Shown: one piece after another, positions 1-17,365 of the stretch
Layout of the letters: the number at the start of each line of letters is the position of its first letter
Position numbering within the stretch: position 1 is the first letter of the stretch
From: the human T2T-CHM13v2.0 reference genome, Homo sapiens
NCBI GenBank assembly: GCA_009914755.4
Contig: CP068257.2
Coordinates: 31,520,001-31,584,000 of the forward strand
Length of the DNA: 64,000 nt
Direction: 5' to 3'
Made by a program: the position numbers and the translations under genes
Notes under the pieces: generated by a model
Told to the model about the DNA's origin: nothing
The model's input: the letters and a program-made list of their open reading frames with translations, nothing else
The model's database searches: none

Positions 1-48
1 GGGAGGGAGGAAGGAAGGAAGGAAGGGAGGGAGGGAGGGAGGGAGGGA
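1..48. repeat. (GGGA/GGAA)n polypurine microsatellite
   Basis: Reads gggagggaggaaggaagg... directly at window start. Confidence 0.9.
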
Positions 49-1111
49 TATACCCTGAAATGGAAAAGGCAGGGTGTTGTGAATTGCTTCCAGAAGAGGT
101 TTCAGAACTGTTACCCACCCGAGTCACCAGCTTCAGAAAAGGGCCCGTTCCTCCAGACTTCCCCAAAGACAACCATCGAGGAGAGGGTAGTCGTGTTGAT
201 TAAACCCCAGAGAGCCAAGAGAGCAAAGCCACATTTTGCCGGAACACAGCACCTCTTACAAAGACACCTCCATTCTTTTGGTTTCCTCCACAAATATATC
301 AAGTGATTTTTGAGGAACTAGCTGCCACTGGCTTTCTTCCTAAGTTTTGACGAAGAACAATTTATGTCTTCCCAGAGCTCACGCTTCCGCCTCATGCGCA
401 AAGCCTTAAAATGTCCTTCTGCATAATTTGCTAACCCCAGCACCTGTGCCTCATCTCAGCTTAATTCTGCCCACGATGCAAAACCCAAAGAGCCCTTCTT
501 TTCACATCTTGCCTGCCTGCTACTGGCTTTCGGGCTCCCCCTCCTCAGCGTCCCTCCCTGGACGTCACTCACTCACTGCCTTTCCCCCCGCTCGCCTCCT
601 CCAGCCTGGGAACCCGAGGGGCCTAAGTCTAGGCTGCTTCCGAGAGCTGGCAGATTTCAGAGGAAAAAAAAACACACGAGAAAGAAAGAATGGCAGTTTG
701 ACACTGCACTGTCACAGTTAAAATGGGCCCTGCGCGTGACCCAGGCTTGGACACCGAGGCCTCGTGCCCAATCACAGCTGAGGCTGCATCTGCCACGGTT
801 CACGGACCCGCCGCTCCATGCTGGGGGACCAGATGCCTCTGTTTACGCCGCTCTCCTCCCAGCCTTCTGCCGGCCGGTCGGCAGCAAGACAGAGCCCGGG
901 AGCCCGTCACTGGGCTTCAGCTGTCTCCCCAGTCTTGTCTTTCAATATATTCTCTCCTCTACCCCTTTTTGTCTCCACACCCCCTTCCCCAAATGGCCAG
1001 AAGGGGTATCCCTCTTTTTCAAGTTTGACCCAATAGAACAAAGCGGAGAAAGACTAACCAGGGCGACTTTGATTCCTGCCATCCTCGAAACAACACAGTG
1101 TTCAAAGATCA

Positions 1112-1426
<315 letters not shown>

Positions 1427-2453
1427 TCACCATCACCCCATTCTGTTTCTCCACCATCTTCCTGCTTTAAATGTGTCTGTGAGTGCTGGGAATATGGACA
1501 TTGGAAAACCAAGTTGAGATGCCAGCATTTAACCTTTTCAGTTTTATAAAATTGACCCATTTTGCTGGAAGTTGAGGGCTGGGAGAAGGAGTGACAGGTT
1601 TAAAGCCAGCAGTTCACTGCCATCTCTTAAAGGCCCTCAAAATGGATTTGGGGTTTATCTCTTAAGAGACATCTGGGGCACGATTGCCACTCTCTTTTCT
1701 TTCACTGACCCTGCAGCTCAGGACTTGCGCAGAAGGTATGTGTGGGCATCCCTCCCAGACAAGGGGAGTAGAGCACACAGAAGAAAGTGTGTTAGTCCCC
1801 AGAGGCCAAGTGAATTCATGTCTGGGTGCAGAGCAGACCAAGGGCCAAGGGTTGCCCCATACACAGTCTCCCCTGCAGCACCGAGGAGCATCTTCAAAGC
1901 AGACCCAGCTGCCCGTTCTCTGGCTCCCAAAGCACCACACCTTTGGCCAGAGAAGGGAAGAAGGGAAGTTTCCACCGACAGGCTCTCTCATTGCCAAAGG
2001 TGATGGCTGTCCTTCACATGCCAGTGGCCATCCTTGCTGAGGACTCACGCCCTCATCACGGGTACTGAGCACTGCCTCTCCATCACTGTGCTTGTTCTTG
2101 GAAGCATCTGGGATTCGCTTCCTCTCCTCACCTTTCCCTCCCCCAAAGCTCCCCGCATCACACCCCCAGCTCCTGCCACTGGACACTTCTCTTTCCAAAA
2201 TTGAGCTTCAGAATGAACTTTGGCCTAGAAATTATATGACCCACCGTAACAGGTTCTACAGGCTATGCTAAATTCTTTCTGGGCTGGCCTGGAATTCAAA
2301 CAAACATGTGGGGCTGGGTCTTAGGGGTATATGCTGGTAAATGAATCGGGGGCCCCTGCCCTCAAGAAGTTCACAGCTACACCAGCAAGATTGTCACCAA
2401 TTCATCAAAATACAATGTGGCAAGTGGTACACATTGAGAATTACCATGGGGAT

Positions 2454-3679
<1,226 letters not shown>

Positions 3680-4135
3680 TCATTCTTTCCACTACTGAGC
3701 ACACAGCATAAGCCAGACGTGGTAGTAGGTGCTGGAGACTCTGACATACGCAGGAAACTATGGGCGTGATGGTATTTTATTGAGGAATATGCTGTGAATG
3801 CCATGTGGCAATTTAGCAAATGAGGCTCTGAAAAGCAGCTCGTTTATAACTTGGCAGTTACTGACATGTGAATGTCAAATACAGACATGCACTTTGCCAC
3901 ATTTAGTCCTTCAGGGTTCGCTGGGACCAGCATGCATTCCACAGGAAACAAAAAAAGAGATCCAGAGGGAAAACGTGTTGCTAATCCAAGTATTTGAATA
4001 ATATTTATCATGCGTGGAGTACATGCAAAGCACCTACTGAATGCTCTTTGTGAGTTAAAGAGGTTGGCAGATTTGAGTTTATGCAAACCAATATAATATG
4101 ACAACATGATATCATTATGTCTATTATATTTATAG

Positions 4136-4719
<584 letters not shown>

Positions 4720-5179
4720 TAACCCCTGCATCTTCCTTCAGATCTGAGAAGTTTCTTGAAGACCATCAGCATCTTCAGTGGGCGACTGGAAGATACACTG
4801 TGGTTACCTGGGAGGCAGCCCAGCCTGGACCAGCAACCCAACCTGCTTCTTCAGAGCAAAACAAGAACTAGGAATCATCTTTTCACCTGGGAAGGAATCA
4901 AGTAAAAAGCAAAATTGAACTAAAGGCAAGGGTGACATAATTTGTATTACATATAAATGACCAGAAACCACTGGTGGCCACAAAGTTTTACTTTGAGCTA
5001 ATAAAACATATGCATGCATCTAGTGTAAATCTAAGAGTCTAAGGATGTTACAATTCCTGATAGGTAACTATTTAAGAAAACAGATGCATTGGTATTAGGT
5101 GAGAGTTCCCTTACATGGAAAGCATTAAAGCTCTACCAGACACTATTTCATGCCTAGAGACTGGTACAGCATATATATT

Positions 5180-5222
5180 CATTGAATGTTTGTTGAATGA
5201 ATAAATGAATGAATGAAATTCC
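5180..5222. repeat. (GAAT)n microsatellite, possibly at a MIR-like tail
   Basis: tgaatgtttgttgaatgaataaatgaatgaatgaa. Confidence 0.6.
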
Positions 5223-5940
5223 AGCTGCTCTGATGACTCCAAATATAAATAAGACATGCTTCTTGAAATTTAATGTTTTGGGTGGAAAAGATATGGAATA
5301 AATAATGGTTGAAGAAACTTGAGCTATTTCATCACCCAGTACAGGCTTTAGATCATGGCAAGGCCTGTTTTTCTTCTGCAGATACAGTGTAAGAAAGGAA
5401 AAGAGATGGTGGGGATGGAGGAATAAAAAAAAGAAGGAAAGGAAGCCTGTTAAAGACCCTATTAACTCCATTCTTCCTAGATTTCCAGTATATTCTTCGT
5501 CTGAGATGTCACTTTGCAAATTTAGTTTTAACCTAAAATGTTTTAGCAAAAAATGGTGAACATATTTTGGCAAGATGTCATTCATATAGTTTAAAATAGT
5601 GCTTTCTAGGTATGAAATGACATCTGTGAGAGCCCCACCACTCACAAACCCTAACACACACTTTCCCTTTTGAAAATAATTTCGTATCTGAGTCACAGCT
5701 CCCTGCACATGCTTAACTTAAAGTGACTCCAAAATACGCCATAAATATTAACTAATTAATCCCCATGACAACACAGGGAAGCCCTGAAAAACTCTGGAGA
5801 GTGCCCATGGCCTGGGCAGCAGTGCCACAGCTTGATTTTTAAGAATCTTGTTCTTTCTAGGCTTTCTCTGATCAGGACATCCCTTATTGCCTTCAAAAAA
5901 CAAGACAAAACAATGACAACTCAAGAATGTGGCAGTGGTG

Positions 5941-6068
5941 ACTGCTGCTGCTGCTTCCCTTCCCTCCTCCTCCTCCCTCTTTCTCCTCCTCCTCCCTCTT
6001 TCTCCTCCTCCTCCCTCTTTCTCCTCCTCCTTCCTTCCTCTCTCTTCTCTCTCTCTCTCTCTCCTCCG
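5941..6068. repeat. Polypyrimidine CT-rich repeat, ~19-bp unit tcctcctcctccctctttc x4 then (CT)n
   Basis: ctgctgctgcttcccttccctcctcctcctccctctttctcctcctcctccctctttc...ctctctctctctctctcc. Confidence 0.85.
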
Positions 6069-9000
6069 CCCCACCCCACCAAAAGCAGAGCTGTTTATCC
6101 TTGGTGTTGACTATCAGACCCCGAGCTTGTAATTCAGCACCAAGGACACCTCTCATGCTTTTGGAAACTGCTAGACAGTCTACCCTGTTATAAATTAAAG
6201 CTTTGGTTTAAAGATCACCACGAAAACCAGCCCACCAAGAAAAGTATTCCCTGCCTCAACCATAATTGCAGTGATGACTTTCAGGCAAAAAAGTATATCT
6301 ATATCTAATTATCTATATGTATTGTAATTATATTAATTAATATTTTAATTTATTTTAATTAATTCATAAATCTTAAATATAATCCATACTAAGCAAATGC
6401 CTGCTGAATGTTTGTATTTATAGTATAAAATAAAAGGCTCAAATGTCCAGGTGTTTGGGACCTCAGGGAGTGGCTGAGACCACATGGTCTTCATTTCACA
6501 GATGATGGAGCCAAGCTCCATTGAGACGATGGGATCTGCCTGGATTCCAGGAACTGGGGACTATTTTCTACCGACCACTCCTTCCATTATGTCTTTCACT
6601 AATATTAGGAAATCAGCCTTATGCTACAAGTGTTTTTATTTCCCTCCTGAGAAGCTTTCCCCTGTTGATAATTTTTTTCGAAAGCAGGTTTTTGAAAGAA
6701 CATCTCCTTAGGGATTTATTATAAGTTAGCAACTTATGAAACTTTTGTATCCCCTTCACCCAGCCCCCACTTGTTGTTTATGCCCATTTTGCTTTAGAAG
6801 ATAATAGGTCTTTTAGCTAACGAGCCTCTTGTTAAAAAAGGTAACATAAGTTAGAAAAGGTAAGGTCAAGGGCAGACCTGGGAATAGAAAGAGTGAGACC
6901 AAGAGAAACAAATGGCTCTGCATAATAATAATTAAAAAGTAGGCGCTTTCAGTTTTCTTTGGGTTGGCACAAAAGATGGGCATTACATTGAGAGTAATAA
7001 CCTGAGAATTTTGGAGGTGGACAGGAACTTCATAGGAAGAGTAAAATCCCGGAACCCAGGAGCAGGCTGGGGCCAAGGGCAGTGATGGCTGGTAAAGGAT
7101 GCCCCATGATGAGTTTAAGAGATCATTTTCTCAAAGTGGCCACAGCAATATCTCCATGCCTACAAGCTCTTCCCAAAAGGTGTCACTTTCCATCAATAGG
7201 TGGAGAGTAGGGATCAACCCCTTGAACTTGGGCAGGACTTTTTACTGCCTTGACAAGCAGAATGCACAGTGGAAGTGATGCTACATGATTTCTGAGGCTA
7301 GGTAAACAAAAGCAATACAGTTTCTGCCTGACTCACTCTCTCTCAGGTTGTTTACCTTTCAAACTTGGTGGCCATGTTGTGAGGAAGCCCAAGTGACATG
7401 AGGAGTTCCCGTGGAGGTGTGCTGCTGACAGCCCCAGGTGAGAGCTCAGCCAAGAATCAGCACAACACTGTGAGTGCAAACATGTGAGTGAGTGAGCTTG
7501 CAGAGGATGTGATCCCACCTAGGATGTCAGCATTCAAGACACCCTAGCTGACACTGAGTGAGTATAGGTGAAGAACATTTACAACAGTGATAATAGAAAA
7601 CTTGTCATAAGTTTTTAATTTGTGCTGTAATTACACTCTGATATTCCCAAATCTTCAATAAAAATCCATTGTACAGTAAAACTTCATTAGCCTTATGTTG
7701 GAAATGGTTAAGAAATGAAGGAAAGGGACTGTGTCCATGTTGGGGCAGAGCAGTAGGAAAAGGGTGGCAGGCAGTGTAGCAATGAGGAAACCCTCAGATG
7801 TGATGGAGGGAAAAGCTAGGGGCTAGGGTGGGGAAAGAGGTGACAGGCATTAACCAGTGGAATGCAAGCTCACCCCACTCCCACACCTTCACACACACAC
7901 CAGAAATTTTCAGAAGCAATGAGAAGGAGACTGGATTTCTTTTGAAAACAAGTTTTTAAACTACTGGCTTGGGATGCAATATTGCCAAGGTTTCTGCTAA
8001 AAGGTAGCCATATTACTTGAAAACAGAAGCACAAAACAACCACTGAATACACTGGATTAAGTGAACGTACTAGAAAACCACTACCTGGTAGGAAGAATGG
8101 CTCTGGTGTGGAGGAGTTACTACAAGCAGGTAAATAAATTTTTAAGGAAAAAGGGGAATTTACAAATTAAAATCAGATTTGGTTCCCAGTAAGAAACCCA
8201 AAATAAATCACTTACAAAAGATATGTTTATTTCCATCATGTGGGACTCTGAATTCAGACATTCCAGTAGGGGAATGGCTTCTCTATCATCCCCTAGGATC
8301 TATGCTATTTCCAGTTTTCAATTATGCCATTTCTGGAGTATAGCCTTCATCCTCATGGTCCAAAATGGAGCTCCAATCATGTGTACACATTGCAAGCAGC
8401 AGGTGGGAGGAAGGAGGAAAATGCATGAGGGATCTCAGCCAGTAACCTCTTAGAGAAGGTCCTTAGGAGCTATAATTCTTGCTTACAAGAGTTGGACCTG
8501 ACCAATGGGCCAACAATTAGTCACATGACCACACCTAACAGCAAAACAGGCTGGAAAATGTAGTCTTACTTCCAGGAAGTCACACACCTGCCAAGAGTCA
8601 GGAGTTCTAAGGGGTGAAGAAAGGCTTTTTAAGCGAGGCAACCAACCACCTCTGTCCAGGTGGCCAGGAAGATTAAATGTCCAGGTGGTGTTACATACAG
8701 CTCAACCCTTATCCTACAAAGCATAGTTTCTCACCCACCACAGCCAAGCGAAAGTCATCAAGTGTCTCCTGTTGTTTCCCACGTTCTAAAATTGGAGGAA
8801 AGTTATTGCACAAGTGCCTAAGTAGTGCAGCTGATCCATCTGGAAAGGCTGTTCTTAAACCTTGGCTTAAAACACCTCCAAATTCCTTAAACAGCATAGC
8901 AAAATCAAGAACATATTTTCAAAAGACAATTTAATCAATATCTCTTACATTGAAACACACACACACACACACATATATACACGCGCCTTTTATAAATACA

Positions 9001-10080
9001 TATTTTATAGCACTTTTAGAAATGGGGGAAATGTCACGAAACAAAACATCAAGAAGTGAGGGTCACAACTCCATGATGGCAAGAACCACTGCTTCAGGAG
9101 AAAACAAAATCTGTTTTGGTTACTCACTTAAATACCAAAAGTCTGACCAAATCGAACTGCATTTGAAATTTCTGGTGGCCGTTTGCCTTGGATTTTTGTA
9201 AATTTTGATTCACTCACCAGTCCTATTTTGCCTGTAGCATAGAAGAAAATGTAATAAAGCAAGAAGAAGGTCTTTGAAGAGCCATACTTGCTAAAACCAT
9301 GTGTGTGAAAAAGTGGCAGAACCAGGAGTAACCAAAAGGCACCACTCAGTGGCCAGGGTTGCTTTAGTGGCCTTGCTCGTATAGTAAGATCAATATTTCC
9401 ACATGGCCGCGACTCACAGGGTTCCCATGATGGTGGTGGTGGTCATGGAGGCGACTCTCTCATTGCTTCAAATACCCTGACATCTGCAAAGTGCTTTTGC
9501 CACTTTGAGGATTTTTTTTAAATCTAATATAGTTTCATCAAAATCACGAAATTTTTGATTTGCTTCCATTTCTATGAAGGTCACATAGACCCATCTAACA
9601 TTAGGTGGAACTCACCAAGATGGTGTTACTGTTGCCGAACATGGTCTTCATAATGTGGCTACAATTCCTGGCCCCCACCCCCCGGAAAGGTTAACAAGAA
9701 ATTGACAAAATATAAGAAGCCTGGACTTTAAAGAGTTTAACTACACAATACCAGAACAGTCATAAAAACAGATCATCAAATGCTGACTCAAAGGCCTCCC
9801 AGAGTTGAATGAGATGAATAAAAATACAGATGAACTTGTTGATACCATCCCACACTTAGAAACCCTGAGAAAAATGTCTAAGTTTTGGGGGGCTTCAGAG
9901 TTAATCATTTTGGAAACTAGGCATTTTTGCATGTATGCTGTATTCCTTGAAGGCAACTTAACCAATTAATATAGTTTGGATCTGTGTCCCTGCCCAAATC
10001 TCATGTTGAAATGTAATCTCCAGTGTTAGAGGTGGGGCCTGGTGGGTGGTATTTGGGTCATGGGAGTGGATCCTTCATGA

Positions 10081-10590
<510 letters not shown>

Positions 10591-11959
10591 TGAATAAAAG
10601 CTCCCTGAGGCCTCGCCAGAAGCGGATGCTGGCCTTACGCTTCCTGTACAGCCCGCAGCACCATGAGCCAATTAAGCCTCTTTTCTTTATAAATTATCCA
10701 GTCTCAGGTATTTCTTTATAGCAATGCAAGAACAGCCTAATACACACCAACCATGGCAGGTTCAATGACAATTGAGAAGACACATCTCCCAAATAGATTA
10801 ACTGCAAGACACTCAAAAATAGGGTCCATATTTTGCATGTATTTCCATTCATTTAAATCTGGGTTATTAAAATAAAAGGATAGGATAAAATACTTTGAAA
10901 GAATTAAAATGATTTCACCCAGTTAGCTTTTCCTCTGTGAGTTCAGAATTGAAATAAGACTCCATTCCCATTATTACTTGCAGCCCATAGGACACATTTG
11001 TAGTAACTCCAGCTCATTCCAACAGAATTGGAAGGAACTGCTGTGAATTTTACAGAAGTCGTTGCTCTGTGACAAAGTTCACGGCTCCCTGCACCCCCTG
11101 CCTCCGAATCCCACCAGAAGCCATCATTCCTGATTAAAGCAAGCACTGTCAATTTGGCCGCGGCCCGGGCCATTCCAATCCCCTCTGAAAACATTGCCAA
11201 AACAGATTTCTGACTGGGTCACGTTAGGTCACAATATCCACGGGTGGACAAAATGTAGTAAAAATTTTATGGGCCACTTGAGACATAGTGGATCGGCACG
11301 GAACAAGCCCTGTCCAAAAGAGCGCAGTTGGCTTCAAGTTCTTTTGGAAACTCCCCAGCATATGGAAACCTCCCCAAGATTCCTCTGGCCTCCTCAGCCG
11401 CCTGCTGCCCCCACTCCCAGCCCTCCTCTTGTCAGCCCAGACGGCGGAGCCTACTCTCTTTCAGCTTCAGGCCTCCGATGGAACAAAGGAAGTTTCACAG
11501 TGGGTCTCTCTCCTTTATTAAAACCAGCAAGAGCTCTTCAAGGAAGAGAGGGTGGGTGTTGGGGGTATGGAAAGCAGAGAGACAGTGATCTTTCCAGAAA
11601 CTGTGATCTTTATCAAATGCCTATCAGCCTCCGACAGGTATGAATTAACTTTGAGGAATGATATATGTGTTTGTATAAAGATATATATGCACATCCCACC
11701 ATGGAGGGCCCTGAACATCCCTCAGAGAGATTTAGATCTGATCCTGATGGTGCTGAGGAGCCACTGGTGGTCTCTGAGCAAGGGAGCAAACTGCTCTCAG
11801 TTTTATATGAGTTCTGAAGCATCATCAGCTCCCAGACATTGCAAAACAGCTCCCGAAAGCCACGAATGGTCTCCCCACACCCCTGAGGATAGCCTGGTGG
11901 AGGCTTTAGTATGGAAACCAGAAATACTTACTCCTAGTTAGTCCTCATTCTATTATTAC

Positions 11960-12015
11960 GCTGGGCCATGGGCCTCTTCTCTGAACCTCAGTTTCCTCAT
12001 CAATGAAATGGGAAG
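11960..12015 (+). mobile_element. MIR SINE core fragment
   Basis: cctcttctctgaacctcagtttcctcatcaatgaaatgggaagaat resembles MIR core ...tctctgagcctcagtttcctcatctgtaaaatggggata. Confidence 0.5.
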
Positions 12016-12299
12016 AATTGTTTGTCATGTACCCAACCACACACATAAGCAAGCTAAAAAACATTTTAAAGTGATGTCTGAAGGAATGCTATTTATGGCT
12101 TAGGCATCAAAAATCACTTGACATGTCTTCAGAAAAGAGAAACTTGCCAGGTCCTCAGTTTCAAAAGGAAAGCCTCCAACTCCTTGAGAACTGTCCAAAG
12201 AAAGACAGCTTCCCCCACCACTGATGAACTGATTGATCAGCAGAGAAACTTTCTGTTTTTAAAATGTTTTGATGTAGGGTGCAGCATATTATATATGTA

Positions 12300-12466
12300 A
12301 TATCCAAATACCATATTTATATATGATTTGGATATAATATACACATGTGTAATACATGTTATATATCATATGTAATATATAACATATATGTAATGTATGT
12401 GTGATATACATATATATAAAATATCCAAATTTTATATACGTGTGTGTGTGTGTGTGTTTGTGTGAA
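12300..12466. repeat. AT-rich low-complexity region ending in (TG)n
   Basis: tatccaaataccatatttatatatgatttggatataatatacacatgtgtaatacatgttatatat...acgtgtgtgtgtgtgtgtgtttgtgtg. Confidence 0.8.
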
Positions 12467-12477
12467 CATTCCAGAAA

Positions 12478-13012
12478 TGGTGGCAAGAGTATCTCCCATC
12501 TCACCTGATCTTCTATAATGGAACTTTGATGCTCCTTCTACCGAGAGGAGAGGTCTATGTCCACTCCCCTTGAATCTAGGCAGCCTTATAACTTGTTTGC
12601 AGCCAGTCGTCAATGATGGAAGCGATGCTGCATGACCTTTAACACTGAGTCCTTAAAGGTGATGTGGCTTCCCTGAGACACCATGCCATGAAGGGGCCCA
12701 AGATGCGGCCATGCTGTGAGGAAGCTCAAACAATCTGACCCAGAAAGCCCTCCTGGAGAGGCTTGTGAGAATACACAGACAGGGAGAGATGTACAACCAG
12801 CCCCCGGCTACTCTGGACCTCTGATTTCTAGTTCTAGTTACCTTCTGACTACAGCTACATGATGGACCCCAAGACAGAACTGCTCAGCTGAACCTTTCCT
12901 GAATTCATGACCCACAGTAAGTGTGAAAGATAATAAAATGATTGTTGTTTAAACCACTACATTTTGGGGTGGTTTGTTGCACAGCAAAATGTAACTGGAA
13001 TAAATGGCAAGG
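12478..13012 (+). mobile_element. ERVL/MaLR-type solo LTR (MLT2-like)
   Basis: tccactccccttgaatctaggcagcc...actgctcagctgaacctttcctgaattcatgacccacagtaagtgtgaaagataataaaatgattgttgtttaaaccactacattttggggtggtttgttgcacagcaaaa matches remembered MLT2-type LTR 3' terminus. Confidence 0.55.
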
Positions 13013-14435
13013 CAACAGGTTGATACAAGGCCCAGGAACGGTTACTAGTTTGAGCCTCCAGGGATACTGCCTGGCTCAGTCTTCTCAACCAACCACCAGA
13101 AGCTTCTTCTCTCTATGCTTCACATTTAGCAAAATGGCACACCCTCCATCCAAGCCAGCATGTGAGCCTCCTCCTTCCCAGTCACTTAAATGGACTCCTC
13201 TGCCCTCAAGAATCAGCACCCATGAAATGGCAACTTACTATCATCTTCCCCATCTACCTCCACCCCAAAGCTTAGAACGACGGACCTCAGCCTTAGTGCC
13301 TAAAAAAAATTACCTAGGATACCTCTACCCCTCCCTAACTCTACCCAGATTCTGATATAGCAGGTATGGAGGAGAGCCAGGTAGTTCTGCCCGCAGGTGG
13401 AGACATTTATTCCAAGAAGGTCAGAACCCAGAATGTGAAGTGCCACTTTGCCTGGAATGTAAGTCTCAAATGTCTTCTCCAAGGAGCCCTGTTGAGGCTG
13501 GCAGCTCCTTTCACCCTCATGACAGGGATTTTTTTTTTTTTCTGGATTCATTCTGAAGCCACAAGCTTTTGGTCTCCCATGAAAAGTTTTTTGCTATGTT
13601 GGATGGAAATCACTGCTCTGATGCTAACCGTGGCAGAGGCATGAAAATTCAGAGCTGAGAGCATCCAATGGCTGTCCCATGACATCTGGGATATCTCTGG
13701 CTGAAAGCTGGGGAAATGGGGTCACCAACTGCTCCATTAGCCTACTTTGGGTGGACCCTCCCCTTCCTGACCCTCACAGCGTCCGGCCCCCTCACACCAG
13801 TTATTGTGCAGAAGGAGATTGTCCGTCCTTCCAGCAGAATGGAGCCCAGCAGTGCTCACCCCTTACCCATGGTCCGGCCACCACGTGTGGCTCACTCTGT
13901 CCTTTTCAGGGTTCATCCCAGAACTGGAGCTCACATTCCCAGAAGGCTTTGCTTTTCAGGCTTTTCAGGTTATCGCCAATTGAGGCTAAATGCTCTGACG
14001 TTGTGTCTTTGACGTGCCAAACTGTTCACTTGTTCACTGGAAACATGTAATATATCTCATACTTTATGTAACTTGCTTTTGGTATTCCTTCTTTTTTTTC
14101 TTTTTTTATTTTCTTTTTTGCCCCTAATATTTTGAGACCTTCAGAAAATCAAAGCAGCCCAGGTCTTGCTCAAGTTCTGATTCTGAGCTGCTCCGGTCAT
14201 CATCACATATTTGTTTCCTGTATACGGATTCTTACTTTTTCTTTGGCTATTTTGATCCTGACTCCACCTGTGAGAGATAATAAAATGATGATAAAAAGAT
14301 TTAAGCTTGCTGAAGGTAAGGACCTGGCCTCCTTCTTTGTATCCCCCAAAACCACCTTGTTCACAGAGCCCAGGGTCATGCTAGTGCATGACCACACCAC
14401 AGAGTGATTTTATTTTTATTTATTCTATTATTACT

Positions 14436-14714
<279 letters not shown>

Positions 14715-14716
14715 TG

Positions 14717-15250
<534 letters not shown>

Positions 15251-15255
15251 ATAGT

Positions 15256-15845
15256 TCTTAGGGTTGAATTGTGTCCCCTCCAAAAATGATCCAGTGAAGT
15301 ACTAATCTCCTGCCCCTGCCAATGTGACCTTCTTTGGAAATAGGGTTCTGGTAGATGTCATCAAGTTAAGATGAAGTCATTGTGGATTAGTGTGGGCTCT
15401 AAATCTAATGATGCGTATCCTTGTAAGGAAAAGGAAATTTGGAGACACACAGAGGGAAGAGGGCCATGTGACGACAGAGTCAGGAGGTGGAGTGATGGAA
15501 GCACAGGCCAAGGAATGGCAGGGATTGCTGGCCACCAGCTGCCAGGAGAGGCTGGGAAGGATAGAGGCTGTGCCTCCCTCCCTCCAGAAGCTGGAAGAGG
15601 CCAGAAAGGATGAAGGCTGTGGCTCCCCCAACTTCAGAAGCTGGAAGAGGCCAGGAAGGATAGAGACTGTGCCTCCCTCCCTCCAGAAGCTGGAAGAGGC
15701 TGGGAAGGATGGAGGCTGTGGAGGGTGCATGGCCCTGCTGACACCTTGATTTTGGACTTCTTGCCTCCAGAAATGTGAGACAGTGAATATCTGTTGTTCT
15801 AAATCACCCAGTTTGGGGTACTTTGTTATGGCAGCCCTAAGAAAT
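15256..15845 (+). mobile_element. MaLR solo LTR (MLT1-like) containing an internal 49-bp tandem expansion
   Basis: gaattgtgtcccctccaaaaatgatccagtgaagtactaatctcctgcccctgccaatgtgaccttctttggaaatagggttctggtagatgtcatcaagttaagatgaagtcattgtgg... ...ctgacaccttgattttggacttcttgcctccagaaatgtgagacagtgaatatctgttgttctaaatcacccagtttggggtactttgttatggcagccctaag are typical MLT1 LTR termini. Confidence 0.75.
15547..15727. repeat. 49-bp minisatellite, ~3.7 copies, internal to the MLT1-like LTR
   Basis: Units gaggctgggaaggatagaggctgtgcctccctccctccagaagctggaa / gaggccagaaaggatgaaggctgtggctcccccaacttcagaagctggaa / gaggccaggaaggatagagactgtgcctccctccctccagaagctggaa / gaggctgggaaggatggaggctgtgg. Confidence 0.9.
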
Positions 15846-16113
15846 GAATGCAGATTTTCGTGCTGGAAAGTGGAGTGTCTGTTTGGGATGAAAAAGAGAG
15901 GAGCCACCTAGACACTGGTCCAGGAGGCTAGTGCTAAGGCAAAGCAACCCACAGGCAAGGTCTCATCCCCTCTTGCCCGGGGCAGCTGAAGACAAATTCC
16001 ACGTGCCTTCCTCCCCAGTGCTTCTCAGCAGCCTGCAATTCCATGGGACCACCGACCGTGACAAATGTGGCCAACAGAAAGCTTTTATTAATAGGAATTT
16101 AATTTAGAATTTA

Positions 16114-16498
<385 letters not shown>

Positions 16499-17236
16499 TT
16501 AGAGTTAACTAGATGTAGTTTCTCTCCTGAAGGAACTCAGATAAACAGGGCATTGCTTCACAGAGGAATCAGGCCACAGTGGGGATAAGCAGAGCACCAT
16601 AGCAGGGCACCAGCAATGGCCACAGATTATGCTCACATCAAGGCTTAAAGAACATGTGGACATCAGCCAGGCCAAAGAAGGTGGTGGCATCCAGGCAAGA
16701 GCATGACCAAAAGCACCCAGACATGAAACAGTGTGGCACGTGCACACAAACTGAAAGCAGCTTGGAGCCAACACGCTATTGAACAGGAGGAAGAAATGAA
16801 ATATGAGGCAGGAAAGAGAGGGTGGGAGAGGCCAGCTGATGAGATGTTTCGTGTTCCATGCTATAGAGCTTGGAATTTATTCTGTAGGCAATGAGATGCT
16901 TCTTCTCTAGGACTTAAAGCAGAAAAGTGGCATAGATAGATTTTCATTTAATACAGACCATCCTGGCTAAAATGTGTCAATGGATTACAACAGAACAAGA
17001 TTAGAGGCAAATCAACTAGGTACCTGCTGTGAGCAGTCCAGATGAGAGGTGGTGCAGCTGTGACTTAGGGAAGTGGTGCTGGATGGGAAGGAAGAGACTT
17101 GGGGAGTGTTCCAAGGGTGTCCGCGCTTGAGCTCCCCACAGAAGCAGGACCTGTGACAAGGGCTGATGTGCAGGCTGTTTAGGAATTGATGCCAAGTAAC
17201 AGCAATGGGGGCTGGGAGGAGTGAAAGAGGGAGGTG

Positions 17237-17365
17237 GGCTTGGTGTGGTGGCTCACACCTGTAATCCCAGCACTTTGAGAGGCTAAGGCAGGAGAATCGC
17301 CTGAGGCCAGGAGGCCAAGACCAGCCTGGGCAACACAGGGAGACCGCATCTCAACAAAAAGTTTT
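17237..17365 (+). mobile_element. Free Alu monomer (FLAM-like)
   Basis: ggcttggtgtggtggctcacacctgtaatcccagcactttgagaggctaaggcaggagaatcgcctgaggccaggaggccaagaccagcctgggcaacacagggagaccgcatctcaacaaaaag, left monomer only. Confidence 0.75.

Noticed and set aside
1662-2198. 178-aa minus-strand ORF, the longest non-repeat ORF in the first 3 kb, overlapping several plus-strand ORFs
   Set aside because: It has no recognisable domain. The region has many overlapping ORFs in several frames, the composition typical of GC-moderate noncoding human DNA, so random occurrence is expected in 64 kb. I cannot support it as coding without homology evidence.
5154-5708. 184-aa minus-strand ORF in an AT-rich unique region
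   Set aside because: AT-rich sequence has low stop frequency in some frames. No motif is recognised and there is no splice or initiator context I could verify.
11194-14050. Cluster of 120-150-aa ORFs in unique sequence (11194-11643, 12942-13355, 13679-14050)
   Set aside because: Proline/serine-rich composition and mutual overlap in different frames are typical of noncoding DNA. The 12942-13355 ORF starts inside an MLT2-like LTR. There is no recognisable homology.
15377-15907. 176-aa minus and 119-aa plus ORFs with internal sequence periodicity
   Set aside because: They lie inside the MLT1-like LTR and its 49-bp tandem expansion. The periodicity is the DNA repeat, not a protein repeat.
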